Positions 8,349 through 18,272 of a stretch of DNA of 64,000 bases are shown here, one piece after another. Position numbers and translations under genes: made by a program. The DNA comes from Candidatus Saccharimonadota bacterium (GTDB lineage: Bacteria; Patescibacteriota; Saccharimonadia; Saccharimonadales; JACOTW01), in contig JACOTW010000007.1 of the NCBI GenBank assembly GCA_016178135.1, forward strand, positions 431 through 64,430, in the 5' to 3' direction. Each line of letters starts with the position of its first letter. Within the stretch, counting starts at the first letter, position 1. Under the pieces are notes generated by a model that did no database searches, was not told the DNA's origin, and was given only the letters and a program-made list of their open reading frames with translations.

Positions 8349-8837
8349 CAAGTACAATTGCAGGTACCGGCAACGGTATCGAAAGCAGAATCAAGCTTTT
8401 CAGCTGTAATTACAATAGTCAACAATGGCGATACGCCACAGACAATCAATTCGATACGAGTCAGTTTAGTAGAAGACCGCAGCCAACCTACAAATGGTAC
8501 CGCGAATTCCACGGAAAGTTTGCAGAAAGAATTATCTGTAATAACTGATCAAGATCATTTTATTTTAAAACCAACCGAAACCAAAATGTTAACAATGACC
8601 ATACCACTTAATCTTAGTAAATTAATGACCGAAGAAATGTCTGATAACCCAGTATCTTCAGTTGCTGCGCATATCCTTGATGGCCTTCAAAAGACCGTAG
8701 ACGCTATGGACAGTTCTAGCTTTGAGCACTACGTTGAAGCCGTTGCTAATGTCGATGGCATTGCCCTGGATCCTTCGGCCCGGTCAAGTATCCAAATCCT
8801 GAAGCCCGGACAAATCGGAGCGAGTTTCCGTTTATAA
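8322..8837 (+). CDS. hypothetical beta-strand-rich protein whose 5' end lies in element A2
   Basis: The ORF starts at a TTG inside A2 (MAQRSLLQK). Deleting 8210-8348 joins an upstream TTG-initiated MSQNSIPAK (8183-8209) in frame to QVQLQVPATV... Confidence 0.5.
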   Translation: MAQRSLLQKQVQLQVPATVSKAESSFSAVITIVNNGDTPQTINSIRVSLVEDRSQPTNGTANSTESLQKELSVITDQDHFILKPTETKMLTMTIPLNLSKLMTEEMSDNPVSSVAAHILDGLQKTVDAMDSSSFEHYVEAVANVDGIALDPSARSSIQILKPGQIGASFRL

Positions 8838-9015
8838 CACGGGTTTCGCACTTTTTCACCACCCCAGATCAATCCCACAGGGCTGCAAACTGCTTATGGA
8901 ATTAATAAGATGTACATACTGAACACCGATTTTTGGGCTCATCATTCAAAATTTGGTCATTTTGCGTTGACAGGCATGGCTATTGTAATGCCCATAGTTG
9001 ACACGATAGTGTAGA

Positions 9016-11463
9016 ATGTATTTAATATCAATAAATCTAACGATAGCCATCAGTCTAATGAAACAGTCAACAACTAAAGTTAGGAAAACAAAAACAATGA
9101 AAGCCAAAACTCCGTATAAGACTAACAAAAAACCAAAAAATACATTTTTGCAACAACTAAAGAAGCGATTACCACGTTCTCGTGTAGTCATGCTCTTGTT
9201 TGTTATCGTGTTCGCTTCTACAGGTATTTACTTTTTATTTTTTAGCAAAGCAGCGACACCTCTAACGGTTGAGCAAGTTGTTACGCAGTTTCCTCAAAGA
9301 CGTACGGTCTATGAAGACGCGATATTGGGCAGGGACGCCGCATCAGATTTTGATATGGGAGCAGCGCAGGGAACGATAATGTTGCAACGCCGTAATAGAG
9401 ACGGTGCGAGCGCCTGTAACGATGCCTGTGTTTCCAAGGCCAATGATCTAATTTATAACAGTACTGACAAGATAGATACGGCGGAGAAAGAATCACAAGC
9501 CATTCATCACGCGGCTGCATTTACGTATTTGCGTGCTTACTTGATGTTCAAGGATAAGCCGGACTTATTATATCCAGCTACCAAATCAAAGCTCAAGACT
9601 GGGTTGAAAAAAGATGGCACTACCAATGCCCAGAAATCATTGATGTTTTGGCGCAATAAGCTATTCGATAAATATACCGTTGATAATATCAATTTTGATA
9701 TAGCCAGTTTCAACCCTTGGAATCCAAAAGGATCAGGGGGCTATAACGGCACCGAAAACCACAAACTCCAGGTTATTACAACCGGTATGCTGATGTCGGA
9801 GGTTTATGCTGGAGAATCTTACAGAGGCTATGCGGTAAAAGACTCTACAGCTGTGCGTGATGATTACTGGCACTATTTCCGTGATGCCTTTTTCCGATAT
9901 TCTGACGCATGGGGGAATGACAGAACAGATCATTTCAGGCTAGATATTGCAGAATTTGAGAAAGATAGCGCTGGTTACGCGCATGTTTACATGGGTGATT
10001 ACTGGATGATTCGCGATTTGTTTCAGGATGCCGTGGTCCAAAAACATGCCGAGATTATGCTAGATCGATTGATGATTGATTGGTCAGAAGACATGGTAAA
10101 AAATATGTACACAGGGCAAAATGACCGATGGTACAGCATGGATGCGTCAGTTGGTGCATCACATCATTTACAGCCAATGAATTTCTTGCTTTTCGATAAT
10201 CTAGGGTATCAATTGCCAGCTGATTATAAGTATCTGTTTTCATGGGGACGCTGGGCAGCGTTGAGTATAGCAACCAGTGACTATAATCCTACGAACACGA
10301 ATTTTCCCAAGGCAATTATTGATGTAGCTCGAAACAAAGGGGACGGATATCTGGTAACAGATGGTACGGGACCAAAAGCTAACTGGGTTGAAAAAGATTT
10401 CGGCCTGGGATTTTTATTGGATGGCACTACCGGTGATGAACATCATTCGGGAGGCTTCTATATTCATAACACCAATTCCATGCCAGCTGGGCTAAATATT
10501 ATGCCTTATTTTGCGGTTGATTCCACCAAAGCCGATCCAGAGGGTTGTAAATCTCCGAGTCCGTGTAATGGTCCGTTTCGTAAACGCAAACCCGCCCATG
10601 ACGCTAAAGGGGTAGTGACCGAACGAGTCGCGATTACTCGTAGCAAAAGTGGAGATCTTAACCCCAGGATATGGATTCAGGATAAGTTTGATACCAAGGA
10701 CTATAGTTCACCACCATGGATGTTTTTTAAACAAAAGTCTTCCGAAGGACGGGATGTTTATATGGCAGTTCGCCCAAGTGCGGGTCAATTCGCGGATGAT
10801 GGAAATGCCCAAGGCGGGCAAATCAGAGTGCTTAAGGCAAACGAGGCAATCCTAATCTGGGAAGTCAGTACATCTGATGAGTATCCTTCATTGGCGGCAT
10901 TTAAGTCTGATATTTTGGATAATACCCTACAGGTTACATCATCCGATGTTACGTATAAATCCAGCAAACTAGGCACCACACTGTTGTTTAATCGTTCTGC
11001 TTTAACTAGCCACAAGATAAACGGTGTACTGCAAGATTTCAATACCTTTAAGTATGGTTTCAAGACTCCATTCCTCCAGAATCCCTATAATTCCAAAACA
11101 GCTAGTATTACCAGAAATGGCTACGGGGTTACGTATAATTGGGATCCCAATAATGATAATAATTTTGATGGGATGCCATCCAAATCCGTAGATAACACGG
11201 GCGGTAGTTCGTCCACTCCCCCACCATCCACTACAGACACCACCGCCCCCACCACTCCCACCAACCTGGCAGTCACACCCACAAGCTCTACCCAGATCGA
11301 TCTAAGCTGGACAGCCTCAACCGACAACGTTGGTGTAGCTGGTTACGATATTTATCGTGGCGGTACCAAGATAAACACTACCACTGTCGCCGGCTTCACA
11401 GACACAGGACTCCACCAGCTCCAGCCCCAACAACGACCACCAAAACTTACACCGCCACCCTAA
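9016..11463 (+). CDS. large secreted/anchored protein with a truncated C-terminal fibronectin type III domain
   Basis: Lys-rich N-terminus plus a TM segment. A Thr/Pro linker is followed by LAVTPTSSTQIDLSWTASTDNVGVAGYDIYRGG (the FN3 start). The central ~600 aa are unassigned. Confidence 0.6.
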   Translation: MYLISINLTIAISLMKQSTTKVRKTKTMKAKTPYKTNKKPKNTFLQQLKKRLPRSRVVMLLFVIVFASTGIYFLFFSKAATPLTVEQVVTQFPQRRTVYEDAILGRDAASDFDMGAAQGTIMLQRRNRDGASACNDACVSKANDLIYNSTDKIDTAEKESQAIHHAAAFTYLRAYLMFKDKPDLLYPATKSKLKTGLKKDGTTNAQKSLMFWRNKLFDKYTVDNINFDIASFNPWNPKGSGGYNGTENHKLQVITTGMLMSEVYAGESYRGYAVKDSTAVRDDYWHYFRDAFFRYSDAWGNDRTDHFRLDIAEFEKDSAGYAHVYMGDYWMIRDLFQDAVVQKHAEIMLDRLMIDWSEDMVKNMYTGQNDRWYSMDASVGASHHLQPMNFLLFDNLGYQLPADYKYLFSWGRWAALSIATSDYNPTNTNFPKAIIDVARNKGDGYLVTDGTGPKANWVEKDFGLGFLLDGTTGDEHHSGGFYIHNTNSMPAGLNIMPYFAVDSTKADPEGCKSPSPCNGPFRKRKPAHDAKGVVTERVAITRSKSGDLNPRIWIQDKFDTKDYSSPPWMFFKQKSSEGRDVYMAVRPSAGQFADDGNAQGGQIRVLKANEAILIWEVSTSDEYPSLAAFKSDILDNTLQVTSSDVTYKSSKLGTTLLFNRSALTSHKINGVLQDFNTFKYGFKTPFLQNPYNSKTASITRNGYGVTYNWDPNNDNNFDGMPSKSVDNTGGSSSTPPPSTTDTTAPTTPTNLAVTPTSSTQIDLSWTASTDNVGVAGYDIYRGGTKINTTTVAGFTDTGLHQLQPQQRPPKLTPPP

Positions 11464-11726
11464 GTAAATCCGGCTCCAAAAAACAAACTATACAAATACC
11501 CAAAGCCGGCACAATCAAATACTCTCTGTCTACCAAAGAAGGTAACGGCAGATACGACGTAAAAGTTTACGACTCTAGCAATAAAGTCATAGCTCAACAG
11601 CTAAACACCAACGTACCACTATCCGGCACCTTTAACGCATCCAAAGCTGGCAACTACACCATAGAAGTTAAAACCCGTTTCTCAAGCGCACGAACCCACA
11701 CACTTAAGGTTACTTATCCTAATTAG
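11398..11726 (+). pseudogene. out-of-frame continuation of the 815-aa gene (linker plus beta-sandwich, PPC-like domain)
   Basis: A different frame is open and reads TPPAPAPTTTTKTYTATLSKSG...GNGRYDVKVYDSSNKVIAQQ...GNYTIEVKTRFSSARTHTLKVTYPN, with no start codon. Confidence 0.5.
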
Positions 11727-11737
11727 GATAAGTTTCA

Positions 11738-11847
11738 TTAGACCTACCCGAAGCTCCTCCATCCCCAGATCGAATTCTGTCGGCTCCAAACAGTTTTCAC
11801 CAGAAATAATTCACTCTGGGATCGGGCGATTTTGCGACAGGTCAAGT
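11738..11847 (+). mobile_element. family-B MITE-like element, copy B1 (short form, degenerate ends)
   Basis: It shares ...GCTCCTCCATCCCCAGATCGAAT...TCGGCT...AAACAGTTTTC...TTCACTCTGGGA.CGGGCGATTTTGCGACAGG with other B copies. The central part is missing. Confidence 0.7.
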
Positions 11848-11853
11848 GTAGAT

Positions 11854-12561
11854 TCAAAAAGTAATTTCCATCTTGACAGAAGGGTTGTCAACCACCGTAC
11901 CGTCAAGTAGATAAATAATCCGCTTGCTGGCCTTGGCAATTCTTGGATCATGCGTAACTATGATGAATGTTTTGCCTTCTTCTTGATTGAGCTGTTTGAT
12001 TAATCTAAATATTTCAGCACCAGTATGACTATCTAAATTACCGGTTGGTTCATCTGCCAGAATAATGGGCGGATCCAAAATCAGTGCACGAGCTATCGCC
12101 ACACGTTGCATCTGTCCACCAGACAGTTCTGATGGTTTATTGTTGAGTTTATCGCCCAGACCAACGGTTTCCAATAACTTGATAGCCCGTTGCCTATAAA
12201 AGCTTTTTCGACGCAAAGGCATTATTGGCAATAATACATTGTCTAACGCACTCAAAGTAGACACTAGATAGAATGATTGGAAAACAAAACCTATTTTTTG
12301 GCGACGAACTTTAAAAAGACGTCCTTCGGGAACGTTGGTAATATCGACTCCATCAATTATAACGTGTCCGGATTCTGGCCGATCCAGTGCCCCCAGCTGG
12401 TTTAATAACGTGGTCTTGCCAGAACCGGATGGGCCCATTATGGAGACCAGCTCACCTTGCTTAATAACAAAACTCATATTATTGAGCGCTTTATAGGCGG
12501 TCTTTCCTCTAACGTAGGTTTTGTTGATTTTATTTACTTCTATTATGTTGCGATTTTTCAT
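11854..12561 (-). CDS. ABC transporter ATP-binding protein (MacB/LolD-like)
   Basis: Walker [10 protein letters not shown], signature [15 protein letters not shown], Walker [12 protein letters not shown]. Confidence 0.9.
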   Translation of the reverse strand: MKNRNIIEVNKINKTYVRGKTAYKALNNMSFVIKQGELVSIMGPSGSGKTTLLNQLGALDRPESGHVIIDGVDITNVPEGRLFKVRRQKIGFVFQSFYLVSTLSALDNVLLPIMPLRRKSFYRQRAIKLLETVGLGDKLNNKPSELSGGQMQRVAIARALILDPPIILADEPTGNLDSHTGAEIFRLIKQLNQEEGKTFIIVTHDPRIAKASKRIIYLLDGTVVDNPSVKMEITF

Positions 12562-12565
12562 AATT

Positions 12566-13783
12566 TTATAGTGCTTTCAGTGTTTCAACCGGACTGACAC
12601 GGGCTGCCCGAACTGCCGGATACAAACCCCCGACAACACCCATGGCTACCCCGAAAAACAATACTCCAAATGTTAATAACGGGGTAATAACAGCTATGTC
12701 GCTGCCTAGATAATTATTTATAATTTGCCCGATACCTAGCCCAACAAAGAACCCGATCAATGCTCCGCTAAGCGATAAGGTGATTGATTCTATAAAAACA
12801 GTATATAAAATGTTGCGGTTGCTCCAGCCACCAGCTTTTATAATGCCGAATTCTTGCATCCGTTCCATAACGCTCATCAGCATGATAATCATTATAGAAA
12901 CACCTCCGGCTACTGCCGCGACAATCGCTATAACCAGTAGAAAATTGCGAAAAATATCCAGCGTGTTATTGATATCTCCCAGCAAGTCTTTAGATACGGC
13001 AGATTGAACCGGATTATCTGTACTGGATAGAGTTTGTTCAATTTCTTTAGCTAGCACGCTTACATTATCCGTACTGTCGGCTGTTACTCGAATACTGGTA
13101 ATTTGATCTGGCCTGAGTCCGGCTATTGTTCTGGCTGTAGCTATATTGGTTACTATATTACGATCATTGATGTCATTGCCAGTTTCAAAAATACCAACAA
13201 TAGTTAATGTTACTGTGTCAGGAGCGTTTTTTGGTGATCGAGCTCCTAAATTGTTTGGAGGAATCCTCGGAACTATTATTTTTTGTCCGATAGTGAGTTG
13301 CTGCCCGCCAGTTAACTTATTTTGATTAAGCAGACCCTTGCCTATTATGGCTTCATCGTCCTTAGTTATAGTATTGCCCTCTATAATCTTCACTGACGGA
13401 CCGTCCAGAGTTTTATCTATACCTAAATCAAGTCCTTGAAGCGGGGTTCCGATTGGGCTTTGACTTTCCAAAAACTGTTTGGGGATAGCAGTATTTATTT
13501 GCGGGGATAGTGACTTGATATGATGAAGATTTTTAATCTTTGCCAAATGACTTACGGGTAGGGGGTTGCCACCGCCTATAAAACCACCTATAACTGATGA
13601 TCCTTTTGCTGATATGACTACATCGCCAGCCACTTTATTTAGAGTATTGTTAAGTTCAGTATTCATGCCACTAGACAAGCTAAGCAAAACCGTCATTAAG
13701 GCCGTGCCGATACCGCTACCAGCAATCGCCAAGAATGCGATACCCTTACGGCGAAACCCATTTTTGATAGCAAATCTAAACAC
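12566..13783 (-). CDS. ABC transporter permease, FtsX/MacB-like
   Basis: An N-terminal TM segment, a large periplasmic domain and a C-terminal FtsX-type 3-TM bundle. It is adjacent to the ATPase. Confidence 0.8.
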   Translation of the reverse strand: MFRFAIKNGFRRKGIAFLAIAGSGIGTALMTVLLSLSSGMNTELNNTLNKVAGDVVISAKGSSVIGGFIGGGNPLPVSHLAKIKNLHHIKSLSPQINTAIPKQFLESQSPIGTPLQGLDLGIDKTLDGPSVKIIEGNTITKDDEAIIGKGLLNQNKLTGGQQLTIGQKIIVPRIPPNNLGARSPKNAPDTVTLTIVGIFETGNDINDRNIVTNIATARTIAGLRPDQITSIRVTADSTDNVSVLAKEIEQTLSSTDNPVQSAVSKDLLGDINNTLDIFRNFLLVIAIVAAVAGGVSIMIIMLMSVMERMQEFGIIKAGGWSNRNILYTVFIESITLSLSGALIGFFVGLGIGQIINNYLGSDIAVITPLLTFGVLFFGVAMGVVGGLYPAVRAARVSPVETLKAL

Positions 13784-13918
13784 TTCTGAACACTCCCCTT
13801 ATTTTGCCTCGTTATCAAGGTTAGTTTGCATAAGCTTAGTATACACCTCATGCACATATAGTTGACTGTTTTTGTGTTAGTGACTAAACTAATTAGTAAA
13901 ATTAAATTAAGGGGATCT

Positions 13919-16123
13919 ATGTCAGACAAATTATACAAACTTGGTCGCTGGTCATTCAAACGTCGTAAGTACGTGTTGAGCGGTTGGCTGGTGATTGTAA
14001 TGATTTTTGTTGGCTTAATGACTACTTTTCAACAGCCTATTTCGTCAGAATTTACGATACCTGGTACAGAATCTCAAGCAACAATTGATACCTTAAGTAA
14101 GAGTTTTCCGGCAGCTTCTGGCACATCTGGACGTATAGTATTTGCGACGCCACCAACAAAAACTATTACTGACTACCAGTCTGTGATTGATCAAACTGTT
14201 CAAGACATTAGTAAAGTTAAAAATGTGGCGGTTGTTCTTGGTCCTCTACAGACAAGAGCTATTTCGCCAGATGGACATGTCGCCATTGCTCAGGTTCAGT
14301 TCAGCGTTGAGCGTGGCGGCATTAACAAAGAAATGACCCAGGCCATTTTGTCGGCCCTGGAAGTCCCCCGTGCTACTGGTTTGCAAGCTGAAGTTAGCCG
14401 TGACATTCTCGGTCAACCCGAACCGGCCTTGGTTGGCCCTGGTGAAATCGTAGGTGTAATAATTGCCGCTATGGTGCTTATCGTAACGCTTGGTTCATTG
14501 GCAGCAGCCGGTATGCCGTTGGCAGTGGGTTTGGTCGCGGTATCTATAGGTGTTACTGGCATTTTTGCACTTAGTGGCGTCATTAGTGTTAGCTCTGTTA
14601 CGCCAGTTTTGTCGATTATGTTGGGGTTAGCCGTTGGTATTGATTACGCACTGTTTATCGTCACAAAATATCGTAAATATTTACTAGAAGGTATAACGCC
14701 GGCTGAAGCGGCTGGTCGAGCTATTGCTACTGCTGGAAACGCTGTTATTTTTGCTGCGCTAACCGTAGTCATTGCTCTATCAGGTTTAAGCGTTGTTGGT
14801 ATACCATTCCTGACAATCATGGGGCTAAGTGCGGCCGCAACTGTCGCAACCACCGCAACTGTCGCAGTTACACTTATACCGGCTTTGCTTGGTTTTGCGG
14901 GCAAACGGGTATTAAGTAAATCACGCCGAGCCGAAGTGATGGTAGCTAAACGTAAACACACCCGAGTTAAAGTTACCGAAGACAGTCATAAAACTTTTAG
15001 CTACCGTTGGGCCAAGAAAGTTACAAAACATCCACAAATAGCAATCGGTATGGTTTTATTTATGATAATTTTGATAGCTCTGCCAACAATAAAACTACGA
15101 TTGGCTTTTCCTGGTGACGGCGACGCGCCCATAGGCACAACAGAACGAACAGCCTACGATCTAGTTAGTAAAAGTTTTGGGCCAGGTTTTAATGGACCGT
15201 TGATAGTAGTTGCTGAATTACCAAACAAACTATCTCTAGAGCAAGCTCAACAAACAGCCGGACAGTTAGCTCAATCTTTAGCAAAAGTTGAAGGCGTACA
15301 AATTGCCTTACCTGGAGCCATAAATAAATCTAATGATATGGCCATCCTGCAACTTATTCCAAAAACTGGGCCTTCTGATAACGCTACAAAAGATTTAATC
15401 CAGCAAATACGAACAAACAGACAACAGATTGCTGGTAATTCTGGTGCCAAGCTGTCAGTAACTGGCGCAACGGCTGTGTCTATAGATCTTGACCAAAAAT
15501 TAGCTAAAGCTTTACCGGTTTATATCATAGTGGTGGTGGGCTTGTCTTTACTGGTACTACTTGTAGTATTTCGCTCGGTACTTGTGCCCGTCAAGGCGAC
15601 CCTAGGTTTCCTGTTGTCTTTATCGGCAACCTTAGGCGCGTTAGTAGCATTATTTCAGTGGGGCTGGCTGGGCATTTTCGATAAAACACCAGTGGTGAGT
15701 TTTTTGCCAATAATTGTTGTAGGTATTTTGTTTGGGCTAGCTATGGATTATGAATTCTTTTTAGTGTCTGGTATGCATGAATCCTACACTGTCAATAAGC
15801 ACGCTTCAAAAGAAGCCGTAATCAATGGTTTTGCTCATGGTGCCCGTGTGGTTACTGCCGCGGCTATTATTATGGTGGCGGTTTTCAGTGGCTTTATTTT
15901 TGGCGACGAGCCTATGATACGAATGATTGGCTTTGCTTTGGCGTTTGGTATATTGATTGATGCTTTCGTGATACGGATGACCTTGGTGCCGGCAGTTATG
16001 GCGCTTTTAGGCGATGCTGCTTGGTGGTTGCCAAAATGGTTGGCTAAAATACTACCAAATGTCTCTATAGAAGGCAATGAAGCTGTTTATGAGCTCGAAG
16101 ATAAACAGAATCAGCCCAAGTAA
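13919..16123 (+). CDS. MMPL/RND-superfamily membrane transporter
   Basis: Two 6-TM blocks separated by soluble loops, with a duplicated MMPL-type motif (AVGIDYALF in the first repeat, GLAMDYEFF in the second). I prefer the ATG at 13919, which follows an AAGGGGA RBS, over the ORF-track start at 13862. Confidence 0.85.
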   Translation: MSDKLYKLGRWSFKRRKYVLSGWLVIVMIFVGLMTTFQQPISSEFTIPGTESQATIDTLSKSFPAASGTSGRIVFATPPTKTITDYQSVIDQTVQDISKVKNVAVVLGPLQTRAISPDGHVAIAQVQFSVERGGINKEMTQAILSALEVPRATGLQAEVSRDILGQPEPALVGPGEIVGVIIAAMVLIVTLGSLAAAGMPLAVGLVAVSIGVTGIFALSGVISVSSVTPVLSIMLGLAVGIDYALFIVTKYRKYLLEGITPAEAAGRAIATAGNAVIFAALTVVIALSGLSVVGIPFLTIMGLSAAATVATTATVAVTLIPALLGFAGKRVLSKSRRAEVMVAKRKHTRVKVTEDSHKTFSYRWAKKVTKHPQIAIGMVLFMIILIALPTIKLRLAFPGDGDAPIGTTERTAYDLVSKSFGPGFNGPLIVVAELPNKLSLEQAQQTAGQLAQSLAKVEGVQIALPGAINKSNDMAILQLIPKTGPSDNATKDLIQQIRTNRQQIAGNSGAKLSVTGATAVSIDLDQKLAKALPVYIIVVVGLSLLVLLVVFRSVLVPVKATLGFLLSLSATLGALVALFQWGWLGIFDKTPVVSFLPIIVVGILFGLAMDYEFFLVSGMHESYTVNKHASKEAVINGFAHGARVVTAAAIIMVAVFSGFIFGDEPMIRMIGFALAFGILIDAFVIRMTLVPAVMALLGDAAWWLPKWLAKILPNVSIEGNEAVYELEDKQNQPK

Positions 16124-16126
16124 AAG

Positions 16127-16588
16127 ATGGTTAATTATTTGATGGCACAAGAAAATCGTCAAAGCGTACTACAGGAAGTCCTAGAAAACATAACTGCAAT
16201 TTACCGGCTTATGGGGAGCAGTAGAGATCAATTCTTGGCTAGTCTGGGCGTTAATAAGCCCCAGATAGAGGTTTTATTTTTGTTAAATGAGCATCCTATG
16301 AATATTAAAGCCATTGCCCAAAAACTTAATATTACCAGTAGTGCTGTTACCCAGATCGTTGGTAATCTGGTCAAAAATGGATTATTACTACGAGAGGCCA
16401 GTTCGACCGATAAGCGAGAAACTATGATACGCTTGAGTACTCAAGGAAAAAAACGTTTTCAAAAAATTAGAAATGTATATATGAAAAAAATGGAGGTGGT
16501 TTTATCTAATATTAAAGACGAGCAGTTACGAAGTTTAGAATTAATAACAAATCAGATTATAAAAATAATTGAGGACAAAGATGAATAA
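16127..16588 (+). CDS. MarR-family transcriptional regulator
   Basis: Winged-HTH pattern (IKAIAQKLNITSSAVTQIVGNLVKNGLLLRE...DKRE). Confidence 0.85.
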   Translation: MVNYLMAQENRQSVLQEVLENITAIYRLMGSSRDQFLASLGVNKPQIEVLFLLNEHPMNIKAIAQKLNITSSAVTQIVGNLVKNGLLLREASSTDKRETMIRLSTQGKKRFQKIRNVYMKKMEVVLSNIKDEQLRSLELITNQIIKIIEDKDE

Positions 16589-18260
16589 AGAATTAGAGCT
16601 ACCAAGCAGTGCCGCTGAATTTAAAAAAGGTTGGCGCAAGTGGATTCCGGTAGTGATTTTGAGTTTGGCATTAATGATAATAGTATTGGACACCACGGTA
16701 CTTAATGTTTCCCTAAAAACTATTACTCAAGACCTAGGTACTGACTTAAAAGGTATCCAGTGGGTCATAACGGCCTATGCATTGACGTTGGCGTCATTGA
16801 CTATTACGGGTGGTCGTATGGGTGATTTGTTTGGCCGAAAACGAATGTTTATGGTTGGGGCAGTTATTTTTGCCATTGGTTCGTACATAACGTCAATCAG
16901 TCATTCGGTTGGAATAATGGTTATCGGTGAATCTATTATAGAAGGGATCGGTGCCGCTATGATGATGCCAGCTACCGCTTCTCTGCTTGTGGCAAACTAT
17001 CGAGGGCGTGATAGAGCGATTGCTTTTGGTATCTGGGGTGGTATAGCTGCGGCGGCGGCTGGTCTCGGGCCTATACTTGGTGGGTGGCTAACGACCAATT
17101 ACAGTTGGCGTTGGGCGTTTAGAATAAATATATTTGTAGCCGCGGTTTTACTGCTGGGTTCGTTATTAATTGATGAATCCGAAGACGAAGAAGAAAAACA
17201 CCAATTGGATGTACTGGGTGTCGTTCTTTCGGCAACGGGATTATTGTCGTTGGTTTTTGGTGTTATACAGTCGGCACAATTTGGTTGGTGGATGGCTAAT
17301 GAGTCATTTTCTGTTTTTGGTCATGCTATTAATATTTTTGGGCTATCTGTTACTCCGCTAGCTATTGCTTTGGGTATAGTTCTGCTTGTTACTTTTGGAT
17401 GGTCGCAGTTACGACGTGAAAAACTTGGATTGACGCCTCTGGTATCCATGAGATTATTCCAAAATTCACAGTTTACGGCTGGCGCAACAGTAACCATGAT
17501 TTTGTCACTTGGGCAGGTAGGTTTAATATTTGCCATTCCGGTATTTTTGCAGTCTGTGCGTAATTTAGATGCTTTGCATACCGGATTAGCACTCTTACCG
17601 ATGTCGGCATCTTTATTGATTGCGGCCCCATTCTCGGCAATAATTAGCAAAAAGTTTTTGCCAAAACGAATTGTGCAAGTTGGGTTAGCTATCAATGCTT
17701 TGGCTGCTTTGGTGATTTGGCAAAGTATTTCTGTTACAGCTACACCAGCCACGTTAGCTCCTGGCTTAATATTGTTTGGGGCTGGTATGGGATTGGTAAT
17801 GGCCCAGGTTAGTAATTTGACATTATCGGCAGTATCGGTAGACGAAGCCGGTGAAGCATCAGGTGTCAACAACACCATGAGGCAAATTGGGTCTTCTTTT
17901 GGATCGGCAATAATTGGAGCGGTTTTGTTTATGACTTTAGCTACTGGCTTGTCTAATGGTGTCAACAAAAGTACGGTTATTCCAGAGCAGTTAAAACCAA
18001 AATTATCACAGGCTTTGTCTTCTAGGGCTTCATCGGTTGAATTTGGTGGTGTCAGTAAGGCAGAGGGCAAAGATGCTCCAAAATTGTCCGAAACCGTACA
18101 GAACGAATTAACCGCAATTGCCCACCAAGCTTCGGCTGATGGCAGTAAAAAAGCTATAATTTTGACCGGCATGTTTGCATTATTGGCATTTATTGCGGCA
18201 GCAAAATTGCCCAATTCTATAACAATAGAACGCAACGAATCTCTAGCATCCAGACACTAA
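16569..18260 (+). CDS. MFS transporter, DHA2 (EmrB/QacA-like, 14-TM) family
   Basis: Motif A-like GGRMGDLFGRKR, many TM segments, and an extended C-terminus. Confidence 0.85.
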   Translation: MRTKMNKELELPSSAAEFKKGWRKWIPVVILSLALMIIVLDTTVLNVSLKTITQDLGTDLKGIQWVITAYALTLASLTITGGRMGDLFGRKRMFMVGAVIFAIGSYITSISHSVGIMVIGESIIEGIGAAMMMPATASLLVANYRGRDRAIAFGIWGGIAAAAAGLGPILGGWLTTNYSWRWAFRINIFVAAVLLLGSLLIDESEDEEEKHQLDVLGVVLSATGLLSLVFGVIQSAQFGWWMANESFSVFGHAINIFGLSVTPLAIALGIVLLVTFGWSQLRREKLGLTPLVSMRLFQNSQFTAGATVTMILSLGQVGLIFAIPVFLQSVRNLDALHTGLALLPMSASLLIAAPFSAIISKKFLPKRIVQVGLAINALAALVIWQSISVTATPATLAPGLILFGAGMGLVMAQVSNLTLSAVSVDEAGEASGVNNTMRQIGSSFGSAIIGAVLFMTLATGLSNGVNKSTVIPEQLKPKLSQALSSRASSVEFGGVSKAEGKDAPKLSETVQNELTAIAHQASADGSKKAIILTGMFALLAFIAAAKLPNSITIERNESLASRH

Positions 18261-18272
18261 TGTGTTTTTAGG

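Noticed and set aside
17321-18235. A 304-aa minus-strand ORF within the MFS transporter gene.
   Set aside because: It is antisense to a clearly recognisable 14-TM MFS gene and has no motifs. It is a typical shadow ORF.
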